64,000 nucleotides of DNA from assembly GCA_951406725.2 (NCBI GenBank), contig OX597818.1, positions 95,542,001 through 95,606,000 on the forward strand. The letters run 5' to 3'. Under the pieces are notes generated by a model, which saw only the letters and a program-made list of their open reading frames with translations, was not told the DNA's origin and did no database searches. How positions within the stretch are numbered: position 1 is the first letter of the stretch; every line of letters begins with the position of its first letter. This stretch comes from Octopus vulgaris. Its lineage: Eukaryota. Made by a program: the position numbers and the translations under genes. Shown piece by piece: positions 39,190 through 52,096 of the stretch.

Positions 39190-41255
39190 AAATAAGAACA
39201 GTCTGTTGTTTTCCAATTACTATGTTTTATTTGTTAAAAGTTTGAAACAGAATACAACTGTTCCAAAGAACAAAAGCAAAGTGACACAGGACAGCTCTGT
39301 TCATTGTAGAAGAGTGTGTGTCAAAACATAGTCAAGAATATATTTGTGATAGGAGCTGCTTTTTTTTTTTTTTTACAATACTGCATTTTAATAGTCATAA
39401 CTGTGGAGTCTTGCCAATTGCAAGAATTTTCCCAGCAGTCAAGCTTTCAAACTCTTGTTGCTAAGTTCCTGACATTTAGATTGTTTGCTATTGAGTTCTC
39501 TGCATTTTTTTCTTCAGATCCGGTCTCTTTTATAGCACTCTAGAAATCTAACTGGACAGACACATGGTGATATCATTGCTTGAAAATCTGCAATGTAATC
39601 AATATAGTTTTATTGGCCACACTTTTTCTGACATCATTACTCAATGTTAAAGATCCTTGTTTGTGAATAAATAAGTTTAGGGATTAATATAGATATCAGA
39701 TTAATTCATAGAAAGAAAACAGTGAGGATTCAAACTGAGGCAGAGGTCAGCTACATCTCTATTTCAACTGTGAAAGAGTTCCAGTTATTCTAACTCAATG
39801 TGTACCCTGTTCATTCTATGAATTAATCTGATATCTATATTAATCCCTAAACTTATTTATTCACAAACAAGTGTTTGTCCAGTGTGTCCCTCTTAAATCT
39901 TTAACTACTGATCCCACCGCTTTCATACCCTCACATCTATCAACCACTCCTCTCTGTTATATCAACTCTCTTTCCAATCCTCCTTTCTCTTTTTTTAATA
40001 TACTATGCTGCCTATAAAAGTAGGAGAGGTATCTCTTTTTATACTCTCTCTCTTATTATCTACTACAAGGAATGATACTGGACCTGTATACATTCAACCC
40101 CTTCCCACCATCATCCCTAAAATCTATGGATATTCTTCATAATGAATTTTAGCATTTATATGTGTGTATGTTTGTGAGTGTGCATGTCTGTGTGTGAATA
40201 TATGTGCTAGTGTGTGTGTCTTTTTGACAATATAAATAAAAGAAAAATGGTGGCAGTTGATCTTCCAACTGAGTCAAAGAAACTGTTTTTGCTGTCTTTT
40301 TTCTCCTTTGCTAATGCTGTTTGTCAGTCAAAGTCTCTGCCAGAAAAATTTATTTGGAAGAAAATGATGCTCCCCTCCATTGCAACTCAGAGTTTCTTAC
40401 CATATGCAATTGTACAGACAATAAAAAAGATTATTTAGTATGCTCCAAGAGAGAACACTTTCGAGATGAGTATTTTTGATCAACAATGGTCAGGTGATGG
40501 GTTATAGGGCGCAGAAAGAGAAATATGATTTAGTTCAACTCACTCTACAGCAGAAATGCAATGATAATCAAAAACTTTATAAGTTGACACTTCCCAACAA
40601 CACTCGAAAATGACAAGCTCTTCAATGTAAATACTGTTAAGATTAGCTACAGTTGCTTGGATATCATTGTTTCCCAGATGTCACATTTCAGTGTAAAACG
40701 CATTACTAAATACTTCACTCATCCTAACAGCCATCTTACAACTGCAGCACCATCCAAATTTTCCCTTTTACAGGAAATACATTTAAGATCTGATGCAACC
40801 AGTTTATATTTTCATTAAGATAAAGAGAAAGAATTCTACTTTTCATTCTCAGTATATCTGGAAATGAAGGAACATAAGAATCAAGAACAATGGAAAATAA
40901 TGTAATAAAAGTATAATCTCTATGTCTCTCTCAAAAATTCTAAACCTTAACATAACCATGGTAATCATTAATTTGGAAGTCTGGGATCCTACTTCAAGAC
41001 AAAATGTTTACTATCAACACTGAAATCCAAATTGGCTCACTTCACACAGACTAACCTCCTGTGAAATAATCCAAACAAAGTAGCTTCCCTTGTTACAGGT
41101 CATTTATCAGCAGCCTCTTGCTGCAGTAGTAAATTTCCACTGCAGGGGCAAACAGACTGTGTTATTTAATATCGTCTAGCATCAAATGTTTCCGCAATGG
41201 AATGCTACAACTAATCACCTACCATCAACTAATGAAAACTGATCTTGATGGTGTT
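39190..41255 (+). mobile_element. Highly decayed Penelope-like element
   Basis: RRKRNMI*FNSLYS...KLFNVNTVKISYSC at about 40510-40660, SQYIWK at about 40850, RT-like remnants upstream, hammerhead vestige at 41221-41252. Confidence 0.6.
39656..39871. repeat. Perfect 58-bp inverted repeat with 100-nt spacer
   Basis: 39656-39713 is the exact reverse complement of 39814-39871. Confidence 0.95.
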
Positions 41256-41395
41256 TTCTTTTACACCACACTAAATCCCTTCATCTTTTTTTTTAAAAAA
41301 CATCCACACACCCACACACTTAGACAAACACATACACATACACACACACACATACAGAGGTAGATAGACAGACAAATAGGTAGATAGATAAATAA

Positions 41396-41436
<41 letters not shown>

Positions 41437-41439
41437 GTG

Positions 41440-42340
41440 TTATTAATTTATTCATAGCTTTTTCTGGCCCTTTTAAACTGGACATAAGAATGCTGTCCAG
41501 TTTGAACTTCTGAAGGCCAGTAACCAAGGGGAGAAAGTATTTATTGAGAAAGAGTTCAAGAAAGAAAGACCATGTCAATAACTCTCATAGGTATTCCCAG
41601 ACTGGTGAGTTTTTTGTGAAGCTTGAAGCCAACAGACTTGTGTTCACCTTGAATGATTGTCTGCCTTAAACAGTTGTTCCCCATGAAATAGATGTCCACT
41701 CTGAACTGATATTCAGCTAAAATTGATGTTTAACCTGAAAATTGTGAGAGTAACCTGAAAAAAAAAAACAAAAAACAAAAAAAATCTTGGAAGCAAAAGC
41801 TCAAAAATATCTACCAAATTTCTAGGACATGTCTTTGCCCTGGCACCAATGTATCACCACACCTCTACACTGTTAGGTTACTACATCCTCATACCAACTA
41901 ACTAGCTTATTTAATACAAAACATTTAATTCATACAATCTAAATAATATGGTTATTTCCACATAGATGCCATTTTTCAGCCTTTCTACTTCACCTCCTCT
42001 AATTGCTCTTCATTATTTCAAATGTCATACTAAGTTGGCTTGTGTAATTTTCTTCTGTAATCAATCCAAAACGAACATACAATAGAACAACTTTCCACTG
42101 GCTCACATCACCAGCACATTTAACAATTGTGTATGGAACAGATCGCATAAACTGAGAACCAAGCAGCAATAGATGTATGTACTATCATTTTTTTATTCAA
42201 ACCCGTATTCTGTTTCACAGCTTCCCCAAAATTGCTTATTTTAAAGTTTAAAGAATCTCGCCCTGAAATAAGTCTAAATTTCCAATAGGTTCAAGCTGAG
42301 GTAGGAGACATAGTTAAGAATTTTTCAAAATACCAATTTT
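41440..42340 (-). mobile_element. Highly decayed Penelope-like element (RT core and GIY-YIG remnants)
   Basis: GGEVERLK (region after YRDD) and LTWSF..TGLQKFKL remnants. Confidence 0.45.
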
Positions 42341-42633
42341 ACCAGTTTAAATGACAAGAGTATTTATATTTTGTTACACTTTTACTCTTTTGTTTCAGTC
42401 ATTTGACTGTGACCATGCTGGAGCACCGCCTTTATTTGAGCAAATCCACCCCAGGACTTATTCTTTGGAAGCCTAGTACTTATTCTATCGGTCTCTTTTG
42501 CCAAACTGCTAAGTTACAGGGACGTAAACACACCAGCATAAGTTGTCAAGCGATGTTGGGGGGACAAACACAGACACACAAACATAGACATGCACACACA
42601 CACACACACACATATACATATACATATATACGA

Positions 42634-42793
42634 CGGGCTTCTTTCAGTTTCCGTCTACCAAATCCACTCACAAGGCTTTGGTCGGCCCGAGGCTATAGTA
42701 GAAGACACTTTCCCAAGGTGCCACGCAGTGGGACTGAACCCGGAACTATGTGGTTGGTAAGCAAGCTACTTACCACACAGCCACTCCTACACC
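42634..42793 (-). mobile_element. tRNA-derived SINE family A (representative copy)
   Basis: A box TGGCTGTGTGG and B box GGTTCAGTCC on the minus strand; other copies at about 2395, 5910, 9879, 17060, 27880, 33960, 51325, 56220 and 60503. Confidence 0.85.
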
Positions 42794-42819
42794 TTAATAT
42801 TTTTATTATTGTTTTTCAG

Positions 42820-43800
42820 CTCTTCATATCCTGAGTTCAAATTCCACTGAGGTTCAATTTGCCTTTCATCTTTTTGGAGTTAATAAAGTAAGTTGCAGTC
42901 AAGTACTAGGGCTGATGTAGTTGACTTCACCCTTCCCTCAAAATTTCTGGTGTTGTGCCAAAATTAGAAAGAAATTTTATTATTGTTAGGCAGAATCATT
43001 AGCATCCAGGCAAAATGCTTCAAGATATTTCTTCTAGCTTAATGTCCTGAGTTCAAATTCTGCTAAGGTTGACTTTACCTTTCATCCTTTGAGGATCAAA
43101 AAAATAAGAACCAGCTGAACATTGGGGTCAATGTAACTGACTAACCCCTACCTCCCCCAAATTTTCAGGCCTTGTCTTGTGAATTTAGTTGTAAGGATTA
43201 TTGTTAGGCTGGTAAATTGGCAAATCATTCAAATGCCAGAAAAATGTACTTTGCAGTATTTTTTCAAGTATTTATTCTGAGTTCAAATCCTGCAAAAGTC
43301 AACTTTGCCTTATATCTCTCCAGGGCAGATAAAATAAAATTCCAGTCAAAAAATGGGATTCTATTTAAATGACAACCCTGCCTCTTCTCAAATTTTTGTC
43401 AGTTGTATGGCAGAATTGTAGAGGGTTTGACAAAATAATTTTGTGGTGTCTGTTGTGGATTTTTACATTCTGAGCTCAAATCCCACTGAGGTTGACTTTG
43501 CTTTTCATCCCTAAGCAGTCAATAAAATAAAGTATCAGATGTCAAGTTCTGGGACTGATGTAATCCATTCACCTGCTTCCTTCAAGGTGGTTGGCCATAT
43601 GGCTAAATTAGGATATTGGAATTAATGTTTTATTGTTGTGAGTTGTCTCCTTTTATACCCTAAGAGTTCAATTCCCACTCCAAGTTTAAATTTTTCTTTC
43701 ATTTTAGGGTTGATGAAATAATGTACTAGTTGAATATTATGGCTCTATTCCCATCTTTTCCATACAACTTGTGACATTCTGCATAAGTTAGAAATCCTTA
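42820..43800 (+). repeat. Tandem cluster of about five tRNA-SINE family C copies
   Basis: Repeated ctgagttcaaatt/cc...gactttgcctttcatcc units about every 200 nt; other copies at 27416(-), 37280(-), 44745 and 60665-61080. Confidence 0.8.
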
Positions 43801-43812
43801 TTATAGTTATTA

Positions 43813-44295
43813 CTAGCAAGACCTGTGAATATTTCATGCAATTAATGGTAAACCTATTGGGTTATTTCTGAAAACTTTATCCAAAATACCTGAAAGTGTA
43901 GCCTGTGTTGTGTCTGTATCAAAAGGTAGTTGCTCATCTGCTAATCATTGCAAAGTGAAAGAAATTGGAATACAATGATTACTTAATACACTTTATATAT
44001 GCACTTTATATATTTTTACAATTTTTTAGACTTAATACACAGCATTCATAAAATAAATATTCACTCTTATTTTTAGCATTCATAAAATAAATATTCACTC
44101 TTATTTTCCTATTTCCCCCATAAACAAAAAAAATCCTATACATATGATACAACCTTTAGTTAAATTGCATTTCATGGAATTGCACTCATGTGCATGTGTT
44201 AAGAGATAGGTGATATAAAAACTTAGTTCAATTAAAAAAAACAACATTTTTCACTATCCAATCACCACCACCACCACATCATCTCTCTCTCTCCC

Positions 44296-44338
<43 letters not shown>

Positions 44339-44724
44339 CTTTAACCTATCAGAACATCATCCCTCTGCTATAATTATATTTTTAACTCTCTTCCTCTACC
44401 TTCAACTAACTTCTTTAACCACATAATAAATATTACATTCCCCCTTCCTCATGTCATGGAAGCTTCTCTCTCCCTTCTTTTTTTCTTTCTTCCTTTTTCT
44501 GTCTCACCCTTTGCCTTATCCTCTTTTTCATCTCCTTTTCCTTTCTGCTCCCTTTCCCTTCAACTAATCATGTGAAAGCGTTACACCTCACGTCATGGAT
44601 GCTTATCTCTCCCTCTTTTTCTCCCTCCCTCTTTTTCTGTCTACTTTCTATTTTTCTCTATTTTTCTCATGAAAGCGTTACTGATGGGCTAAATAATACA
44701 ATGACAAGCGGAATTATTATAAGA
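43813..44724 (-). mobile_element. Probable non-autonomous Helitron
   Basis: CTAG plus degenerate hairpin at 43813; TC-type 5' end tcttataataat at 44724. Confidence 0.5.
44041..44107. repeat. 34-bp tandem duplication
   Basis: agcattcataaaataaatattcactcttattttt present twice. Confidence 0.9.
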
Positions 44725-44944
44725 TTATTATTATTAGGATATTGAAGGTGGTGAACTGGCAGAATTGTTAGTATGCCAGGCAAAATGCTTAGCGGTATTT
44801 TGCTTGTCTGCACATTCTGAGGTTGACTTTGCCTTTCATCCTTTCAGGGTCAATAAATTAAGTACCAGTTGAGTACTAGGGTCGATGTAATCAACCATTT
44901 CCCCCCACCACCAAATTTCAGGCCTTGTTCCTATAATAGAAAGG

Positions 44945-44985
<41 letters not shown>

Positions 44986-45198
44986 GTTTTTTCCTTCTTT
45001 CTTCAAATTTTCTTCCGTTTCTTGCCGAGTGTTTTCCATACACCTAGGGCAGAGAAGGGCATTGTATGCATTCCCAGATTACACGCGCAAATTCACAGAT
45101 AAAATATGTAATTAAAAATTAATAAATAAATAAATTCATGGATGGATGTTATTTTCACAGCGATAGTGCTCTTCTCAGTACATGAGCCGTTCCAGTTA

Positions 45199-45200
<2 letters not shown>
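44986..45200 (-). mobile_element. R4/Dong-like 3' terminus in (TAA)n
   Basis: LTGTAHVLRRALSL* is the typical R4/Dong C-terminus; (TAA)n on both sides. Confidence 0.7.
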
Positions 45201-45250
<50 letters not shown>

Positions 45251-45464
45251 TTTATTTACTAAAATAAGTTAGAAACCATGGTCCAGGAATTAGATGGTAA
45301 ATGTTTTTATTTTTCATTTCCTTCGAGAATTTATCCCTAATTAGTGGTTTGGACTTTAACTGTTCTTTCTAGCATAAAGAATTCCTATGATGGAAGCCTC
45401 TTAATGTGTTTTAATGTACACTGTATTTTATATGAATCTATATCTATATCTATATATATATATA

Positions 45465-46713
45465 CAGGGGTTGGACAAAATAATGGAAATACCTTAAAAT
45501 TTCAAACAAATTTATTTTTATATGGGGTAGGACCGCCTTTGGCAGTAATTACAGCTTGAATTCTATGTGGTATGCACTCGTACAAAGTTTGAATTGTTTC
45601 CAAAGGAATCTTTGTCCATTTTTCAGCTAAAATAGTCTCCAGCTCTTGTAGTGATGACGGTGGAGGATATTGACTCCTTATTTGTTTTTCTAAAATGCAC
45701 TATAGAGGTTCAATAATATTGAGATCTGGGGACTGTGGTGGCCAGATAAGATGTCCAACTTCACTAGAATGTCATTCAATAACAATTTTAGCTGTGTGAA
45801 TTGGTGCATTATCATCTTGAAAGATTAAGTTTCCCTTTGGAAATAGTTCTGCAACCATAGGATAAATTTGATCTGATAAAATGCTTAAATAGTCTTGACT
45901 ATTAATTCTGCCATGAAGGGAAACCATTGGACCAGTGGATTTCCAAGATATAACCTCCCAGATCATCATAGATCTTCCTCCATGTTTAACAGTTGGAAGC
46001 ATCTGGGTCAAATGCTTCTTTTGGCTGTCTCCACACGTATACTTGGCCAGTGGTCAGAAATAGGGTAAAGGATGACTCGTCTGAGAAAATAACATTCTTC
46101 CACTGCTCTAGGGACTAATTCTGTAGGTTTTTACACCACTCTAAATGCTTTGCAACATTTGTTTTTGAAAGTAGTGGTTTTCCGATTGCAGCCCTCCTGT
46201 GAAATCTGGCTTTATGCAGCTCCCAGCGAACAGTTTTTGTGGAAACTGGGTTCTCAAAGTGGTCATTAAGCTCAGCAGTAATTTTGGGAGCTGTACTTTT
46301 GTGATGCTTTCTAACAATTCGTGCAAGAATCTGATGGTTCCTATCTGAAAGTTTTGGTTTTTTTCCTGAGTTTTGCTTCAATGAGGAGGGTTTTTTCCCC
46401 CTTTCTCAAAGGCTGTCATTACTTTCAAGACAGTACTTTTTGATAGACCAAACATTTCGGCTGTTTTCGCTATGCTAGCACCTGCCATATGAGCACCAAC
46501 AATTTAACCACTTTGAAAGTCAGATCTGTCATTTTAATGAATTGTATTTGCTGTTTCTGATGATATCTGAAAAGAAACAGCAATTTTAGCAAAACATATT
46601 AAGCAACACTCATATTAAATCAAAAAACATAAAAATAAACAAGCTTTTGATGGTTTTATAGATATGTCAAAATTATGATGCTAGGTGTTTCCATCATTTT
46701 GTCCAATCCCCTG
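45465..46713 (-). mobile_element. Tc1 transposon, near full length, in TA repeats
   Basis: TIRs caggggttggacaaaataatggaaatacct and aggtgtttccatcattttgtccaatcccctg; FSDESSF, TVKHGG and FQDDNAPIH motifs; frameshifted. Confidence 0.92.
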
Positions 46714-46733
46714 TATATATATATATGCATATA

Positions 46734-47646
46734 CTAGCTGATGTGCCTGGTAATCCCTGAGAAAGCGGGGCTCATCCCTTGGTTTCATTCTCATAATTGT
46801 TTCACTAATCCAATACTAGCAATACAAAGTATGTAGCGCTTAAAACGGTTTTTGTGCATTTACATCGAATACCAAACTGTCTTACATAGGATCTTGTTTT
46901 TAAGAATTCCCAATAAGTTATGAATACCCAAATTGTGAAGTCAGTTATGTAATAACATGAAATTAGTTACCTGATAGTAAGAATTCAAATAAAGTAACCC
47001 TGAAAAGTGCTTTAATACTATAGAACTTAGGAGGAAAAACTAATAAGGTATGTATACTAAAATCGTGAAGCATGTTACATAATAACAGGCTAATCAGGTA
47101 TGAGATAATAAAAATTCAAAGTAAATAACTCTGAAAAGGGCTTTTGTGCATTCCCAGAGAATATTACCCTCAGCAGCTCTAGTGTTGGTATATTCGTGAA
47201 TAAGTCACTAACCGAAATAAGTGGATCTATTGTTTAGGAAAATACTATTTACTTGTTTTAGGGTTGTACTGGATAGATTGCGAAAATAACTCTAAGAGTT
47301 CAAATACTAAGAAATAAGCATACTCAATTTGATTTATACCAAATAATTTACGAAGATGAAGAGGTTATTTCCTTGGGCTATATTAAGGATCCCTTCCAAG
47401 GGCAAATGGGTTATTTCCCTTGGATGTTTAACTGAAATATGCTAGTTATATGTAGTAGATATAAGGATCCCTTCCAGGGGCGCTATTATCGATTTTTTTC
47501 AACAATCTAAGTATGTCACTAGGTTTCCACACATGAGTTCTACTCACGTGACAAGTTTCATAAAAATGTATAAAACTCTGTAGGAAGAGTTAACTAACAA
47601 ACCCACAAACAAACACATCCACAAACAGAATTTTCCACATATGTAG
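46734..47646 (-). mobile_element. Probable non-autonomous Helitron
   Basis: CTAG and a decayed hairpin at the left; (GTTT)-type microsatellite near the 5' end at the right. Confidence 0.5.
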
Positions 47647-47954
47647 TGCGTGTGTGTATATATATATATTTATGCATATATGTATACATGCATATATATA
47701 AGCACACACACATATACATACATACATACATACATACATACATACGCACACACACACACACACACATACATACATACATACATACACGCATGCATACATA
47801 CATACCCTTACACTCGCACACACATCTAAAATTATATTTATATTTATGTGTGCGTGTGTGTGTATATGTGTACTGGGGAACCTCGTTCTCGACTCTGGTA
47901 AGCATGGCGCGTCTCATACTTCATATCGTAGTCTTTCAATAACAATAATAAACT

Positions 47955-48079
47955 TTTATAAAACTATACACATTACGTGTATTTGACTATAATTATAATA
48001 TAGCTCTAGGAGGACGGACAACAGTGAGAAACAAAACACAGTAAATATCTCCCATCTAAAACATAAAACAAAGGTAAGC
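47955..48079 (+). promoter_or_regulatory. Putative promoter and non-coding first exon of the arrestin gene
   Basis: CpG-retaining region; TATA-like tataaaa/tataattata at about 47957-48000; donor AAG|GTAAGC at 48074; pyrimidine tract and tandem AG acceptors at 50986-50996 just before the ATG. Confidence 0.4.
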
Positions 48080-51020
48080 TGTATTATTTAGCAGAATTAT
48101 AATTAATACATCAATTAATATAGTTATTGTCACTCGTAATCTATTTTCTGTCGGTATGTGTGTCTTTGATTTCAGCTTAGCATGTAACTCTTTCCTGTTA
48201 GATTTACGTATTCTCATTTATTAAAATACGGAGATCTGCTTTCAAAAGGAAGCCTTTTTTATTTTGGAAAACTACTCGTTGGTGTGTCTTTTGGACTGAA
48301 TATAAATATACATACTCATATATATATGTGTGTGGTTGGCATCGATGTTGTGTGTGTGTCTTTTATATACAGGTTTACGCGTAGTTCGTAAGTTGTATCC
48401 GTCTGAGATGAATTCTGGGTGAGGGTATTTGGGGTAAAGTATCGTATGTTAATATCTGAAATGTATGTATGTATATATTTAAATATTCATATATAATTAA
48501 AAGACAAACACGCACAATGAATGCGTGGGGTATATACATATGTATTTTACTTATACGCCTTATAATTGTTACCCTTGTTGAAACGATACTGATGAATGGG
48601 TACGGTGTTAAACAAGCAAATGGAAGAACATGAGTTCAAATCTACTACTGCCGTTTTATTTTGAATGTATTGAAGCAGCACAAATGACACCAATATTTTT
48701 ACATGGCTTCATTTGACCTAGCAGTCTGGTGCTTTACGTCATAGCGGAACAAGGATATTAAGGTTAGACAATGTCCAATATACCAAATTCTGCCACCTAC
48801 ATGTATGTCTTTCAGTCATGTTACATGTCATGCCAAATACATAACCGCATTTAACCCCACCCCACTCCTCATAACATTATTACAACATTGATCCCCATCG
48901 CCTGCATACATAGTTTAGGGGGAAAACAAACAACCCACCCACGCGATCAAATTTCCTTGTGGTCGACTTTGCTTTTCCGGGGGTCTTAAAGAGGGCGGTA
49001 GAACTCATTCGCTGCTTTGTTTAATACCACCTCCTAGCTCATGAGTCCCTTTAGCGGAGTTTTGTCTACAAGCATTTGGACCGAATTGCTGGTCGATCTA
49101 AATCGATCTAAAGTTGCACCACTTCTTAATGCTGTAATACAAGTTGTTCTTATAATCTTCCTCTCCATCAGTCTCTGAGGCCTTGTAAAGGTCAAGGTTA
49201 CTGCCGTTTCACCTCTCATTTCAACCGTAGAAATATTTTTAAAAACATCAGCTGTTTTAAAGTGAGGATCGTTTCACCTACCTATAAACACTTTCCTACG
49301 GCTGATAGAAAAAGTTGCGCAACAGATAAAATATTTGTAGTATAAAGTCCTTTCATGTTGCGAGTTCAAATCATACTATGGTCGAATTTTCCATTCATCT
49401 CAACGTGTGTGTGTGTGTGTGTGTGTGTGGATTAATAAAAACAATTACCTTAGCAGGCTCTCAAGCTTCTTCAAATATCACTTGGAAATGAGATTGGAAG
49501 GAGCTCCAGGGAACTTGTTGAAGAGTGGGTATGAATGGTGATTATAGTTCAGATGAATGATCTTTCAGTATGCACCTGTAAGCTGGAGAACGGCAAACAC
49601 CCCCTCATCTGGATGGAGGCGCTTTCCGTTTTTGATAGTCAGGATAACCCTAGATCTCAGGTGTGACGTAATAAGCTTTGGGTGACATTCTTTCTCTACA
49701 TTTCTTTCCATGCCTTCCTGAACTCTATTCTGTATACCTCTTCCCCATAATATTTGTAATTTGGTTTTGTAATGTCCTCTCATCCATCACCCTTTTGGCA
49801 AAATTAAGAAATTATTAGTATTAATAGAGGTGATGGTGTGGTAGAATCTGTAGGTGCATTACAGAATTAAATTTCGTTTGATTTTGCCTTTCATTCTAGG
49901 AATCAATAAAATTAAAATCAGGCCTTCTGGGAATGGGGAGAGTCAATAAAATTAATACTAGGATTTCTGATTCAGGCAATTATATCCCTGCACTCCATAT
50001 TTGCAATTTAATTCAATGCCTGTTAGGTTAACATGGTATAGAGACAATTCCAGAAGGCTGCTGTTCAGGAAATCTGAGAAGGAAGGTTTAGGAGAGATGA
50101 TTAATATGTACAGAAATTTCAAACATGCTCTTATAGCCCACCCTGATGCCTTGTCACTACCATCTTTATCTCTCTAGCTCCATATTAATTATTTCCACCT
50201 ACTCTTATATATAATATACCTCATGTACAGTAAAAAAATCTGTTCAGGCCCCATCCTTCATACTCTCACCTTTCATCATCTAATATAAAGTTGCTTCACT
50301 CTTTACTGTAGCACCACTCAGTCAGAGTGAATCTCAGTCTTGTGAGCTACATGGGACCCCACTAGGGCTAGTGCCATGAAAAATGCACCAGTACTTTCTC
50401 TAAAATGATTGGAATTGGGAAGGGCAACCAGCCACAGAAACTATTCCAAAGCAAATATTAGAGCATAATGCTGTCCTTGGATCTGACGTTTCCTGTCCAG
50501 CTGTCCAGCACATACTAGCATGGAATACAAACATTAAAGGATGATGATGATGAAATTAATCTTCTGAGTGATGAACATTTACGAGGGGTCTCACTTGAAA
50601 TGGTCAACTCCTTCTTTACGTCATTGCATCTATGTCACTTTTTGTTAATATTCTGCACATATTAATTGCTATGTAAGCCTTCACTCAGATTTCACTATTT
50701 CATTATGTAATACTGAGGTACAGGAAGACACGACATGGCATATGAGTGTTTTCGGTAGTTTGCCAATTAGCCAAATGATTTTTCTTTAGAAGTTTGTGTG
50801 TATAGCAGATATATCAGTAACAATCTAATGAAAAATGACAATAGTGATCATGACAGTGAGGTGGGGGTTGTGTTGGTGTTGCTGATGATAAAATGAAAAT
50901 ATTTTTAGGTAGAAATGAAATATCAATAATAATTTTTTTCTCTTTTTCTCTTCCATGTTATCTTTGCTGTTTGTGTAATAATGACAGCAATAGCAGCTGC
51001 TACAACAACTACAACAAAAT

Positions 51021-51138
51021 ATGGGGGCAACTGAATTGTTTGTGATAGAATTAGCCGACAATCAAGAATGTTATTATTCTGGCACTACATTAAGTGGCGA
51101 GGTTAAAATTGATCTGGCTTACCCACTAGATGTGTCTG
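51021..51138 (+). CDS. Alpha-arrestin (ARRDC-like) coding exon 1
   Basis: MGATELFVIELADNQECYYSGTTLSGEVKIDLAYPLDVS-G matches the arrestin_N start (Y.SG..LSG.V.I.L); donor G|GTAAGT at 51139, phase 1. Confidence 0.92.
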
Positions 51139-52096
51139 GTAAGTGGCCTTTTACAGAAATTTCCATTATTGTTTCTTCCTTATTTTCTTTTTTGTCGTTA
51201 TCTGGCTCCAGGTCAGCCTAGCTTGAGTAGAACTATATCATCCAATGCTTTCCATCCATGACCATTCCATCTAGTATTTTTTCTTTTTTCTTTCTTTCTT
51301 TATATATATATATATATATATGTATATAGTTGTAAGTGTGGCTGCATGGTTAAAAAGCTTGCTTCCCAACAGTCAGGTTTTGAGTTCAGTATCACTGTGT
51401 GGCACCTTGGACAAATGTTTTCTACTATAGTCCTGGGCTGGCCAAAGCATAATGAATGGATTTGGTAGATGGAAACTGAAAGGAGACTGTTGCAAGTGCT
51501 CCTGGTAACATGCAACCCTGTACAACCTGTTGCATGGTTGGGCCATTGGTAACTAGATTGGTAATACCACTTAGCCTGCTTGGTCAGTAAGGTGATTTTT
51601 GAATACTCTGCAGGTTGAAAAACAAGATTCATCAAAAGGAAGATGAATTCAGAAGAGCTGATGGCCATCCACTTAGATGATATACATGTGTAAGTACGTG
51701 AGTGTGTGTTTGAATGTGTGGGAACTTATAAATTCCTGGTTTGTTACCCAAGTATATATTTAGCCTACTAGGGTGGGTTGAACTCTAAGCTGTAGTAAAG
51801 GTAACTAATCCAAGAGATAGAGAACTCTAATAGGAAAGTCTGAAATATGTTCATTGAGTTTATGGCAAACATTTGCACCAACTTTCTGTTATCAGCATTC
51901 CCAAAAAGGGTGGCTGGTCCAACACAAGCCATTCATCACTGAAAAAAGAAAGAAAAACATCATCTGTGTGGGTAGTCTAACAGTTGGCTATTGGATCCTC
52001 ATATGCAAACTCAACAGGAAAATCCAGTGTGTGTGTATGAGAGAGAGAGACCTTGTCTTGATATCAAGTGATGGTTGTTAAAAAGCATCACTGTTA

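Noticed and set aside
42403-42834. 143-aa ORF with apparent paralogs at 5802-6160 and 60455-60766
   Set aside because: Translations of SINE family A, not genes
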